From Desulfosudaceae bacterium (GTDB lineage: Bacteria; Desulfobacterota; Desulfobacteria; Desulfobacterales; Desulfosudaceae): DNA of 64,000 nucleotides. Positions 55,075 through 64,000 of the stretch are shown piece after piece. The stretch's first letter is position 1, and each line of letters begins with the position of its first letter. Below the pieces are notes generated by a model. It was not told the origin of the DNA. It ran no database searches and saw only the letters and a program-made list of their open reading frames with translations. The stretch spans positions 640,001 through 704,000 of the forward strand of contig CAXXDV010000001.1 of NCBI GenBank assembly GCA_963674745.2. The letters run 5' to 3'. The position numbers and the translations under genes are program-made.

Positions 55075-56661
55075 ATGACAGTCAAGCACGTAGACGTGGC
55101 CATTATCGGCGCCGGCCCCAACGGCCTGATATGCGGTGCCTACCTGGCCGGCTGCGGCCTTAACGTGGCCCTGCTGGAAGCCCGCCACGAAACCGGCGGC
55201 GGCCTGGAAACACTGGAACTTTCCGGGTTCCGCTACAACCTGCACGCCGTCTATCACATGATGGCCCTGCAGATGCCCTGCTACCATGATTTCGGGTTGG
55301 ATCAGAAAGGCGTCAAATACGTGTTCCCGGATGTTCAATGCGCCTATATCAACGCCGGCCGGCCGCCCTTACTGTTTTACCGGAACGGGGAGAAAACCGC
55401 CGATTATCTGGCCCGGCACCTTTCCCCCGAAGACAGCCGCGCCTGGCGCCGCATGCACGCCGATTTCAAGGAATTTTCCGAAAAGATCCTCATACCCCTG
55501 ACCTATATTCCACCCCTGCCCTTTGTGGAACAGACGCTGGTCCTGGACAAGGCCCGGGACGATGTGGGCAGACGATACAACGAAATCGCGGACCTGACGC
55601 CCCTTGACATCCTCGACGCCTATAAGATCAAGGATCCGCTGAAAGCAGCCCTGCTCAACCTGTTTACCATGTGGGGCATGTCGCCCTATGAATTGGGATT
55701 TCTGTTCCCCTTGTACGTTTACCGGATGACGGACGCGGCCCTGGTCCGGGGCGGCTCCCACCGTTTATCCTCGGCGTTATACCGGACGTTTGTGGCCTCC
55801 GGCGGCACCGTCCTGGACCGGGCCGAAGTCGTGCGGATCCTGGTGGAAAAGGGCGGCGTGGCCGGCGTGGTGACCGCCGGCGGAGATGAAATCCGGGCCA
55901 AGGCGGTGGTCTCCACCTGCAACCCGGAACAAAACTTCACGCAGTTCATCGACCCGTCCGAACTGCCGACGGAACTGGTCGAAAGCGCCGGAAAGTGGGA
56001 ATGGGAAAAAACCACTTTTTTCGGCGTCCACCTGGCCTTGAAAGAATCGCCGGTGTACGGGCCGGATGAAGACGCCAACCGGGCCATGATCACCTTTTTC
56101 GATATCCAGGACACGCCCCGGCTGCTGGAACACCTGCGATCCGTTGAGCAGGGCGAACTGCCGGAAATCCCGCTGGGCCATGTCACCTGTCCGTCCCTGT
56201 TCGACCCCCTGCACGCGCCCGAAGGCCTTCATACCGGACGATGGGAGTGCCTGGTCCCGTTTGATGCCGACTGGGAAACCATTACCGGCGGTTACGCGCA
56301 AACCTGCGTCGACCGGTGGAAATCCGCCGCCCCCAACCTGGAACCGCTCAACGTGCTGGCCTATCCGCCCACCTATATTGAAAAGAAAAACCAATCCATG
56401 AAGCGGGGCTCCTACAAACATGGCGCCTACATCCCGCTGCAGATGGGTTACCTGCGGCCCAACGACATGTGCTCCCGGAACTTCACGCCGGTTGAACGGT
56501 TTTACGTGGCCGGCGCCAGCAGTTATCCCGGCGGCATGATCCTGGGCGGAGGCGGTTACCTGGCCGCCAATGCCATTGCCGCGGATTTCGGACTTGACAA
56601 GAACTGGCAGGAACCGATTTACATGCAGGCTGCGCGGCAGGCCGGAATCATCGCAGACTGA
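55075..56661 (+). CDS. CrtI/phytoene dehydrogenase (COG1233)-family FAD oxidoreductase
   Basis: IGAG.NGL.C.AYL...E.R.E.GG, GGS..L, RP......TPV..FY..GAS.YPGG; GGAGG RBS. Confidence 0.88.
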   Translation: MTVKHVDVAIIGAGPNGLICGAYLAGCGLNVALLEARHETGGGLETLELSGFRYNLHAVYHMMALQMPCYHDFGLDQKGVKYVFPDVQCAYINAGRPPLLFYRNGEKTADYLARHLSPEDSRAWRRMHADFKEFSEKILIPLTYIPPLPFVEQTLVLDKARDDVGRRYNEIADLTPLDILDAYKIKDPLKAALLNLFTMWGMSPYELGFLFPLYVYRMTDAALVRGGSHRLSSALYRTFVASGGTVLDRAEVVRILVEKGGVAGVVTAGGDEIRAKAVVSTCNPEQNFTQFIDPSELPTELVESAGKWEWEKTTFFGVHLALKESPVYGPDEDANRAMITFFDIQDTPRLLEHLRSVEQGELPEIPLGHVTCPSLFDPLHAPEGLHTGRWECLVPFDADWETITGGYAQTCVDRWKSAAPNLEPLNVLAYPPTYIEKKNQSMKRGSYKHGAYIPLQMGYLRPNDMCSRNFTPVERFYVAGASSYPGGMILGGGGYLAANAIAADFGLDKNWQEPIYMQAARQAGIIAD

Positions 56662-56697
56662 CAATATTAACGGCCGTGATTTAAAAACCGTTTTAGT

Positions 56698-56841
56698 AGG
56701 GCATCTCTAAAAATTAGAATTTTGGTTCGAGGTCAAGGCGTGTGAAAATTTTAACCACAGGAATACCTGGAGTATTTCGAGGATTAAAATTTGAGCACAA
56801 CGCCGAGATCGGGCCAAAAGGCAATTTTTAGAGGTGGCCTT
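56698..56841. repeat. ~144-bp imperfect palindromic intergenic element (MITE-like)
   Basis: AGGGCATCTCTAAAAATT ... AATTTTTAGAGGTGGCCT terminal IR with nested internal IRs. Confidence 0.65.
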
Positions 56842-56859
56842 TAGTCACAAGGAGTCGAC

Positions 56860-57231
56860 ATGCGTTTTAAATTCCTATTATGGCTGGTCGCCGGCCTGAT
56901 GAAACGGGCCGGGCGGAAAAATACCGAATTTCAGAAAAAAATCGCCGGTAAAAAAGCCGTTGTCCAGATCGCCACCGCCGACGGGCAGTTGATCCGGTAC
57001 TTCGGCTTTGACGACGGCCGGGTGTCATCTTCGGTCGGCGGCCACGAAAAACCATCCTGCACGGTTTTTTTCAAAGACGCCGCTTTTGGTTTTTCCGCTC
57101 TTTTACCCTGGAACAAACGCCTCCAGGTCAGCGGCATTCAGAACGGCAGCATTCGTGTAGATGGCGATTTCTCTTTGTTCCTCTGGTTTCAGAGCCTGGC
57201 CCTGCTGATCCAGCCGGGAAAAAAATACTGA
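56860..57231 (+). CDS. Small SCP2 (sterol carrier)-like protein
   Basis: AAGGAG RBS; ...P.CTV.F.DA...G...G.IRVDGD.SL pattern of SCP2-fold proteins. Confidence 0.55.
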   Translation: MRFKFLLWLVAGLMKRAGRKNTEFQKKIAGKKAVVQIATADGQLIRYFGFDDGRVSSSVGGHEKPSCTVFFKDAAFGFSALLPWNKRLQVSGIQNGSIRVDGDFSLFLWFQSLALLIQPGKKY

Positions 57232-57248
57232 TGCAATAGGGAAGAACA

Positions 57249-58637
57249 ATGAAAAAGAAAATTATTATCATCGGCGCCGGGGTGGGCGGCATGGCCTGTG
57301 CCGCCCTGCTGGCCAAAGCCGGCCATGAGGTAACCGTGCTGGAGTCCCATTCCTTTCTCGGCGGGCGTTGCGCCACCCTGGAAAAGGACGGGTTTGTCTA
57401 CGATTTCGGCGTGCATATGTTCAGCCGGGGCGACTGCGGCCCCCACGGCGACACCAACCGCCGCCTCGACGGTGACCTGCAGTGGATCACCAAAGAACCG
57501 TCCTGTAGAGTCATGGGGAAAATGGAATTTGACTTTCCCCTGGATATCCGCCCGTTTTCCCGCCAGGTCAAGCTGGCCTTGCAGCTTGGCGTGCGGCCGA
57601 AAAACTTGTTCGGGGCCTGGCGCCTGTTCCGTACCCTGATGAGCGGTCGCAGCGTCGAAGCAAACAACAACGTCTTCCTGGAAGACTACATTTTTCGTTT
57701 CACCGGCGACGAAAGTATCCATTTATTTATCACATGCGTTTCCCAGCTTTACTTTGCACTGTCCGCCAGACAGGCTTCGGCCGGCGAGTTCATCTGGTGT
57801 TTTTCCCGCATGTTTAAAGACGCCGCCTTCGGTTATCCTAAAGGCGGTGCCCGGGCCATCCCGCAGGCTTTTGAGGATGCCTTGATCCGTTACGGCGGGA
57901 CCATCGCCTATGAAACCCCGGTCACCGGTATCCGGGTCGAAAACAAACGGGTCACCGGCGTGGACACGGCCAGGAATTTTTTCCCGGCCGATATCGTCAT
58001 TTCCAATGCCGGCCTGAACCGCACCATCGACCTGGCCGGCGCCGACCGGTTTCCCGAGGACTATGTCAAACGGGCCAAAACCCTGAAATACGCCAACCCT
58101 TACGTCACCAACACCTACGCCCTGGACTGGCCGGTGGTGCCTTATCCGGTGGTGTTCTATATGCCGGACATGCCGGCCGATAAAATTTTCTCTCACATAG
58201 AGAACAACACCGCGCCCGAAGATCCTTATCTGTTCATGCCCATCCCCAGCAATCTTGATCCCGGCCTGGCGCCGCCCGGCAAACAACTGGTTATTGCCGG
58301 TACACCGGTGGCCCCCGGGGCCGACGATGACGTCTGCCAACAGACACTGGACCGGATCGACGACCGCGTACACAAACTGTTTCCGGAAATCAAAAAGGCG
58401 CTCATCTGGCAGGAACAGGGCACCCGGGCCGACACGACCCGCATCACCGCCCATCCTCCGGGCGGGGCCATCGGCCTGGGACAGTTCCCTGGCCAGACCG
58501 GACAGCAGCGGCCCTCTTTGCAGACACCCGTAACCGGGCTATACCTGGTCGGCGCCGACGCCGGCAGCCGGGGCATCGGTACGGAGCTGGCCGTGGGCAG
58601 CGCCCTCAACCTGGCCGACCTGCTGGCTGGAACATAA
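57249..58637 (+). CDS. CrtI/amine oxidase-family FAD oxidoreductase
   Basis: IIGAGVGG...LE....GGRC, D.G.H, YPKGG, TPV.GLYLVG.D. Confidence 0.88.
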   Translation: MKKKIIIIGAGVGGMACAALLAKAGHEVTVLESHSFLGGRCATLEKDGFVYDFGVHMFSRGDCGPHGDTNRRLDGDLQWITKEPSCRVMGKMEFDFPLDIRPFSRQVKLALQLGVRPKNLFGAWRLFRTLMSGRSVEANNNVFLEDYIFRFTGDESIHLFITCVSQLYFALSARQASAGEFIWCFSRMFKDAAFGYPKGGARAIPQAFEDALIRYGGTIAYETPVTGIRVENKRVTGVDTARNFFPADIVISNAGLNRTIDLAGADRFPEDYVKRAKTLKYANPYVTNTYALDWPVVPYPVVFYMPDMPADKIFSHIENNTAPEDPYLFMPIPSNLDPGLAPPGKQLVIAGTPVAPGADDDVCQQTLDRIDDRVHKLFPEIKKALIWQEQGTRADTTRITAHPPGGAIGLGQFPGQTGQQRPSLQTPVTGLYLVGADAGSRGIGTELAVGSALNLADLLAGT

Positions 58638-58728
58638 CCGCCGGTTTTGTCAATTTTCATGACACTTTCCGAAATATTTGCTATTATTCTTTAATCCATG
58701 ATTAATCACTTTACGGGGGAAGTGTCGG

Positions 58729-59409
58729 ATGATGAAATATGCCTTTACTTTCGAGGACGGTAAAACCCTGGAATTCCCTGTTGAGGAAGGCGTCGACACC
58801 TCTTCGGAAGCGGGGTTGACGGACGCGCCGGATTGGATGGAGCTTGAGAATTATCGCTGCAAAGAGTGCGGCATCCCGGCAGGAGAGAGAAAAACCTGCC
58901 CCGCGATCCTGGCCATCAAACCGGTCATTGATTCGTTGGACAGCCATTTTTCCTATGAAAAAGTCCATCTTGTTTTTACCCGTGACGATATCCGGATGGA
59001 AACAGATATCAGTATTCAGCGGGCCCTGCGCTCGCTCATCGGCTTTCTACTCCCTTTTTCCAGTTGCCCGGTAATGATGAAACTCAGGCCCATGGCCTAC
59101 TTTCATCTACCGTTGGGGAGTAAAGACCACACCGCCTTCCGGTTTATCGGTATGTACCTGACGGCCCAGTACCTGCGCCAGAGGGCAAACCTGTCATCCG
59201 ACTGGGAGCTTGAGCAACTCCTTGATCTTTTCAGAAAAATCCACATGGTCAACCGGGGTCTGGCCAACCGGATCCGGGTGGCGGCCAAGGCCGATGCCAC
59301 CGTAAACGGGATTGTCCTGCTGGACGCGTTTGCGGATTCCGTGGAAGTGCAAGTGGAAGAATTGTTAGAGGAGATGAAGCCCTTTTTCTCGACTTACCTG
59401 TCCGATTGA
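58729..59409 (+). CDS. Conserved-looking hypothetical protein with Cys motifs
   Basis: W..L....C..C, CP, SCP....LRPMA.FHLP. Confidence 0.75.
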   Translation: MMKYAFTFEDGKTLEFPVEEGVDTSSEAGLTDAPDWMELENYRCKECGIPAGERKTCPAILAIKPVIDSLDSHFSYEKVHLVFTRDDIRMETDISIQRALRSLIGFLLPFSSCPVMMKLRPMAYFHLPLGSKDHTAFRFIGMYLTAQYLRQRANLSSDWELEQLLDLFRKIHMVNRGLANRIRVAAKADATVNGIVLLDAFADSVEVQVEELLEEMKPFFSTYLSD

Positions 59410-59421
59410 GCCAGCCGGCGG

Positions 59422-60252
59422 CTATACCCCCAGTACCTTTTGAATAACGTTTTTCCGGTACAAAAAGGAAAAGGTGCCCAGATAGATGCGGGGCAGCCAG
59501 CGTTTGACCCGCCACAAAACACGGGCATCCCACTGGGGCAGGACATAGAACCGGTTTTTTTCCACCGCGCGTATAAGCTGCCCGGCCACCTTCTCGGCCG
59601 GAAATGACGACCGGTCAAAAAGCGTCCTGATCATGGTTTCCTTTTCTTTGTCCTGACAATAAAGTTGATCCATCAGGTTCGTCTGGAAAAACGACGGCAT
59701 CAGCACCGACACGCCGATGTTTTTCCCGGACAGCTCGATGCGCAGTGTTTCCGACAAAGACACAATGGCGGCCTTGGTCAGGTTGTAACAGGCCGAACCC
59801 GGCGCGGATAAAAAGGCCAGGTAGGATGCCACGTTGGCAATATGGCCCCCGCCCTGCTGGGCCAGCATGGGAATGAAGGTCTTGCAGCCGTAAATGCAGC
59901 CCATGAGATTAATATCCATGATCCAGCGCCAGCGTTCCACGGGTATGGTCTCCATATCGCCATAGGCCGATACACCGGCGTTGTTGACCACCACGTCCAC
60001 TCCGCCCCAGGCGTCCCGGACCGTCGCCGCCGCCGCCTCCAGATGTTCCGGTTGTGTGACGTCGCAGGTAATGCCGAGCGCCTGCCCCCCGGCCCGTTTA
60101 ACCATCTCAACCGTCCCCTCGACGCGCTCCGGATCGATATCGCTCACCGCCACCCGCCATTGCCGCCCGGCCCAACCCAGCGCCAGGGCCCGTCCCAGCC
60201 CGCTGCCGGCACCGGTAACCAAAACCCTTTTCTCCGCCAATCGTTTATTCAT
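59422..60252 (-). CDS. Classical SDR oxidoreductase
   Basis: TGAGSGLG, NNAG, YNLTK. Confidence 0.92.
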   Translation of the reverse strand: MNKRLAEKRVLVTGAGSGLGRALALGWAGRQWRVAVSDIDPERVEGTVEMVKRAGGQALGITCDVTQPEHLEAAAATVRDAWGGVDVVVNNAGVSAYGDMETIPVERWRWIMDINLMGCIYGCKTFIPMLAQQGGGHIANVASYLAFLSAPGSACYNLTKAAIVSLSETLRIELSGKNIGVSVLMPSFFQTNLMDQLYCQDKEKETMIRTLFDRSSFPAEKVAGQLIRAVEKNRFYVLPQWDARVLWRVKRWLPRIYLGTFSFLYRKNVIQKVLGV

Positions 60253-60262
60253 AATCCCCCCT

Positions 60263-60381
60263 GTCATTGCCCGGCCTTTTTACCTCGTCATTACCCGGCC
60301 TTTTTACCCCGTCATTATCCGGCTTGACCGGATAATCCAGATTCCTTCCCCGTCATTGCCCGGCTTGACCGGGCAATCCAG
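60263..60381 (+). repeat. CGTC-type REP-like cluster
   Basis: Four GTCATT-start units; two full palindromes, e.g. CGTCATTGCCCGGCTTGACCGGGCAATCCAG. Confidence 0.8.
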
Positions 60382-60452
60382 CACAAAGCCGACAGTAATT
60401 TTTTATCCCCAATATCTTGAAAAAAGAAATAAAAAGTCTGCAAACAGGCCAT

Positions 60453-60791
60453 CTACGAGTACTTCAGAATCGCCTGAATTTGTTGAATAAGGGAAGGCAG
60501 ATTTTCTTTTACCGTCTGCAATATCACACGGTAATCAATATCAAAATAGACATGAATCAAGCGATTGCGCATTCCAATAATTTTATGCCAGGGTATGTGG
60601 GTATGCTCTTCACGGAAATGATCAGAAAGGTTCGCGGCTGCTTCACCAATTACTTCAATAGATCGAATAATCGCACGGACGGTTTTTCCATCCTGAACAA
60701 AAGCTTCATAAGAAAGCCCCTCGGCATAACTACATGCCTCTTCAGCTTCTTCAAGAATGTGCATTAACCGAATCCGATCTTCAGGCTGCAT
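60453..60791 (-). CDS. hepT: HepT/DUF86 HEPN ribonuclease toxin
   Basis: E.IGEAA, IPW..I.GMRNRLIH.YF (Rx4H). Confidence 0.92.
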   Translation of the reverse strand: MQPEDRIRLMHILEEAEEACSYAEGLSYEAFVQDGKTVRAIIRSIEVIGEAAANLSDHFREEHTHIPWHKIIGMRNRLIHVYFDIDYRVILQTVKENLPSLIQQIQAILKYS

Positions 60792-61083
60792 ATTCTACTT
60801 TCGCTGTTTTTAAAACCTCGTTTCTGAAATAGCGGCTAAGCTCCGCCGGGGTGCGAAGGTCTACTTTTCTACCAATCATTTCCGACAATTCGATCTCCAT
60901 TCCAGCTAAATCCATCAAGCCCGGAATATGATTTTGATGAAACTCAACAAGAATATCAATATCACTGTTTGGCGTCAGGTCATCACGAATGGCGGAACCA
61001 AAAAGTGCCATTTTGGTTATGTGATTCCTTCGACAAAAAGAATCCAGTTCTTTGCGAGAAATATAATTCGTAATCATAAACAT
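60781..61083 (-). CDS. mntA: MntA minimal nucleotidyltransferase antitoxin
   Basis: LFGS..R......SDIDILVEF, GRKVDL; overlaps toxin start. Confidence 0.92.
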   Translation of the reverse strand: MFMITNYISRKELDSFCRRNHITKMALFGSAIRDDLTPNSDIDILVEFHQNHIPGLMDLAGMEIELSEMIGRKVDLRTPAELSRYFRNEVLKTAKVEYAA

Positions 61084-61218
61084 TTTTATTCCTCTCTCCC
61101 CCGTCGGCACGCCCATTTAAAATCAACGGCAACTTTTTATTATCACAACCTGGCGACACTACCAATATACGCTACAAACTAAATCATTTCAAGATCTTCC
61201 TAAAACAGCCACACACCT

Positions 61219-61372
61219 CGTCATTCCGGCCCCCGAGCGCTTCCCCTCGTCATTGCCCGAGCGCTTCCTTCCTCGTCATTCCGGCCAGTGGAGCGAAGCG
61301 AAACGTGAGCCGGAATCCAGTATAAAATTGATATTTTTTCCTCGTCACAAGCGGCTTGACCGGAAAATCCAG
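61219..61372 (+). repeat. CGTC-type REP-like cluster
   Basis: Repeated CCTCGTCATT units ending CCGGAATCCAG / CCGGAAAATCCAG. Confidence 0.75.
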
Positions 61373-61485
61373 CCATAATTTTTACTATACCACATCACCG
61401 CCCATATTCACCCACCAGTGCCTGATTGATTTGCCCGCTTTGACGTGTTAGCCTGTTTTCTACTTTAATCGATTAGCAAAGGAGC

Positions 61486-63087
61486 ATGGATATGGATCCC
61501 CTATGGATCGTGGCCGCATTCATATTCGGCGCGCTGATCAGTAAAACCGGGTTACCGCCCCTGGTGGGCTATTTACTGGCCGGGTTCTTCCTCAACCGTA
61601 TCGGCGTCGATGGCGGCGACAATCTTGTCAAAATCGCCGATGCCGGCGTGACGTTGCTCCTTTTTACCATCGGCCTGAAACTGAAACTAAAAAGCCTGTC
61701 CAGACCGGAAGTCTGGGCCGGTACAACGATCCACATGGCCGTTACGGTCGCCGTCTACGGTTTGGCCATCCGGATTGCCGGGTGGGCAGGCGTTCCCCTT
61801 TTCGAAGGACTGAACGTCTATACCGCCCTGCTGGTTGCCTTTGCGCTTTCTTTTTCCAGCACGGTCTTCGCCGTAAAAGTGCTTGAAGGGAAAAAAGAGA
61901 CGGCTTCCCGGCATGCCGTAACCGCCATCGGCATCCTCATCATGCAGGACATCATCGCGGTTGTTTTTCTGGCCTCCTCGACCGGGAAACTCCCCTCCCC
62001 CTGGGCTTTAGCCCTTTTCCCGGCGTTGCTTATCGCCCGCCCCGTCCTGGCCAGGTTTATGGCCCGCTGCGGCCACGGCGAACTGCTGATGCTGTTCGGC
62101 ATCCTGATGGCCATCACCGGTTATGTCAGTTTCGAGCGGGTCGGATTAAAGGGAGACCTGGGCGCCCTGGTGTTCGGCATGCTTGTCGCCGCTCATCCCA
62201 AGGCCGCCGAACTGGCGGAAAGACTGCTCAGTTTTAAGGACCTGCTTCTGATCGGCTTCTTTCTGAATATCGGCATCTCCGGCACACCGACATCAACCGG
62301 GCTGCTGATCGCCGCCGCCCTGGCGGTTGTCATGCCGTTTAAAGCCGGATTGTTTTTCCTGCTTCTGACACGGTTTAAACTGCGCGCCCGAACCTCCCTG
62401 CTGGCCTCGTTCAGCCTGGCCAATTACAGCGAATTCGGCCTTATCGTCGGTTCAATCGGCGCGGCCAACGGCTGGATCAGCAGCGACTGGCTGGCCATCA
62501 TCGCCGTTGCCCTTTCCATCACCTTTATCATGGCCGCGCCCCTCAATTCAGCCGCCCACGCCATCTATGCCCGGATATCAAGCCGTATCAAAAGTTTTGA
62601 AACCGAAAAACGCCTGCCGGATGATCAACCCATCGATACCGGCGATGCCGAGATCGCCGTCATCGGCATGGGCGTTGTGGGCACCAGCGCCTACGACGAA
62701 ATGAACCGCCGTTACGGCGACATCGTGATCGGCATTGATTTCGACACCGAAAAAGTCAAAAAGCACCGTGAGACGGGCAGAAACGTGTTTCACGGCGATG
62801 CCGGGGACAGTGATTTCTGGGAACGCATCGAGCCCGCCAACAGCCAGGTCATCCTGGTCATGCTGGCCCTTCCCGACCCCCGGACCAGCGTGTTTGCCAT
62901 TCAGCAGATGAAACAAAAAGGCTACCCGGGGCAAATCACGGCCTCGGTCAGCTACGAAGATGAGATGCACCTGCTCAAAACAGAAGGCATCGACGCCGTC
63001 TACAGCTTATACGAAGAAGCCGGTGTGGGTTTTGCCGACCACGTATGCGACCACATGGATTATTGCAGAATTAAAATGAGTCAATAA
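61486..63087 (+). CDS. CPA2-family cation:proton antiporter with TrkA-N domain (Kef-like)
   Basis: LPPLVGYL.AG, LLF.IGL, SST, ILI.QD, SEFG; G.G.VG and GDA.D in C-terminal domain. Confidence 0.92.
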   Translation: MDMDPLWIVAAFIFGALISKTGLPPLVGYLLAGFFLNRIGVDGGDNLVKIADAGVTLLLFTIGLKLKLKSLSRPEVWAGTTIHMAVTVAVYGLAIRIAGWAGVPLFEGLNVYTALLVAFALSFSSTVFAVKVLEGKKETASRHAVTAIGILIMQDIIAVVFLASSTGKLPSPWALALFPALLIARPVLARFMARCGHGELLMLFGILMAITGYVSFERVGLKGDLGALVFGMLVAAHPKAAELAERLLSFKDLLLIGFFLNIGISGTPTSTGLLIAAALAVVMPFKAGLFFLLLTRFKLRARTSLLASFSLANYSEFGLIVGSIGAANGWISSDWLAIIAVALSITFIMAAPLNSAAHAIYARISSRIKSFETEKRLPDDQPIDTGDAEIAVIGMGVVGTSAYDEMNRRYGDIVIGIDFDTEKVKKHRETGRNVFHGDAGDSDFWERIEPANSQVILVMLALPDPRTSVFAIQQMKQKGYPGQITASVSYEDEMHLLKTEGIDAVYSLYEEAGVGFADHVCDHMDYCRIKMSQ

Positions 63088-63153
63088 AAACGTTCATTTT
63101 GGGGTTAATGTTCATCAGATCCGGATTGCCCAGACCGGCGGCCAACGGCATCA

Positions 63154-63297
63154 TTATCCATGGCGACGATGCGGAACGACAAGAAATTCAGTATCGCTGT
63201 ATTCTTTTCGGACCATTTTCGAAAAACGGGTTTTGAGGTTCCAAATTTCCAGTGCGGCAAAAAAAAGCGTGGTTAAAATGCAGACGGTGATTTCCAT
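63154..63297 (-). CDS. Putative 47-aa single-TM small protein
   Basis: AAGGAGA RBS then MEITVCILTTLFFAALEIWNLKTRFSKMVRKEYSDTEFLVVPHRRHG*. Confidence 0.5.
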   Translation of the reverse strand: MEITVCILTTLFFAALEIWNLKTRFSKMVRKEYSDTEFLVVPHRRHG

Positions 63298-63523
63298 GGT
63301 TTTTCTCCTTTTTATGAACGTTTTAAGTTTTAGGTTTTAGGTATTAAGGTTTTGATCTTGATTGGACGATAGCAGGCAGGTGTGACAGATCCGGTCATAG
63401 TTAAACAATTTTTTTTAAAAGTGTTTAGGTGGTTATGTGATTAAGTGATTAGGGGGGCGGGGTTTGAGGTTCAGTGCGTAAAAGTGGTCATGTGATTAAG
63501 GGGGAGGAAAACTATCAATTTTT

Positions 63524-63623
63524 CTGGATGCCGGGTCGGAGCCCGGCATGACGATGGGAGGGATGCTACGTTCCTATCCGGCATGACGATGGGAGGGATG
63601 CTACGTTCCTATCCGGCATGACG
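63524..63623 (-). repeat. CGTC-type REP-like unit plus 35-bp tandem duplication
   Basis: CTGGATGCCGGGTCGGAGCCCGGCATGACG; CCGGCATGACGATGGGAGGGATGCTACGTTCCTAT at 63543 and 63578, partial at 63613. Confidence 0.75.
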
Positions 63624-63634
63624 GGGAAAAAACT

Positions 63635-64000
63635 TCAGGAACCCATGATTTTCAGGATGCGGTCGACATCGACGTACTGTTCAAAATGGGCGGCCAGGCG
63701 GTCGTAATTGCGGTCTTTGACTTTGTAAAAATCTTCCCGGGGGAGGTCGGCGTCAAAGAAAACGGCATGCCGGCGGGCAACAGAAGACAGGAAGGCGGCC
63801 CGGAAAGATCCGGCATCAAACAGGCCGTGAAGGTAGGTGCCGAACACCCGGCCGTCCCTGGAAACAGCGCCGTCCGGTCCGTTATCAAGTTCAAGCAGGG
63901 TGGCGGCATCGGGCCCAAGATTTGTACGGCCCATATGAATTTCATACCCGGACACCGCCGCGCCAAACAGGCGGTCCGTACCGTGAGACAACCGGACCTC
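63635..64000 (-). CDS. cobQ: Cobyric acid synthase, C-terminal part
   Basis: GYEIHMG, DGA......GTYLHGLF, YDRLA.......D. Confidence 0.88.
   Translation of the reverse strand, partial: EVRLSHGTDRLFGAAVSGYEIHMGRTNLGPDAATLLELDNGPDGAVSRDGRVFGTYLHGLFDAGSFRAAFLSSVARRHAVFFDADLPREDFYKVKDRNYDRLAAHFEQYVDVDRILKIMGS

Noticed and set aside
53318..58637. Carotenoid biosynthesis cluster
   Set aside because: No crtB, crtE or cyclase genes in the window; family membership alone is insufficient.
63543..63623. Possible CRISPR array
   Set aside because: Units are exact 35-bp tandem duplicates with no unique spacers and no cas genes; REP-derived.

Overview
Bacterial chromosomal window; gene content (PFOR, TRAP-TatT transporters, CCG Fe-S protein, DUF3795, GTAG/CGTC REP-like repeats) suggests a Desulfobacterales-like deltaproteobacterium (inference). 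Bases ~550-24400 form an accessory region anchored at a tRNA-His/tRNA-Arg(UCG) pair. The tRNA-Arg 3' half recurs at 9348 and 16798 with shared arm-like and IHF-like sequences, which points to tandemly accreted islands; no integrase is present in the window. Island 1 carries a variant c-di-GMP-I-like riboswitch ahead of a 1507-aa FG-GAP/TSP3/GEVED surface protein ending in a Cys-containing C-terminal anchor-like tail. It faces a two-gene operon encoding a CPBP intramembrane protease and an Lgt-like/C25 (gingipain-family) peptidase fusion. This is the best candidate for an undescribed C-terminal protein-sorting/lipidation system. Later segments carry an AbiE toxin-antitoxin pair, a sigma54 two-component envelope module, and AT-rich PHP/SGNH genes. 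Bases ~24400-64000 look mostly like core genome: dinB, mlaA/mlaC, por, a TatT-TRAP operon, apt, mtnP, four CrtI-family FAD oxidoreductases, an MntA/HepT pair, a CPA2 antiporter and the end of cobQ. All calls come from motif recognition by eye; no database searches were run.
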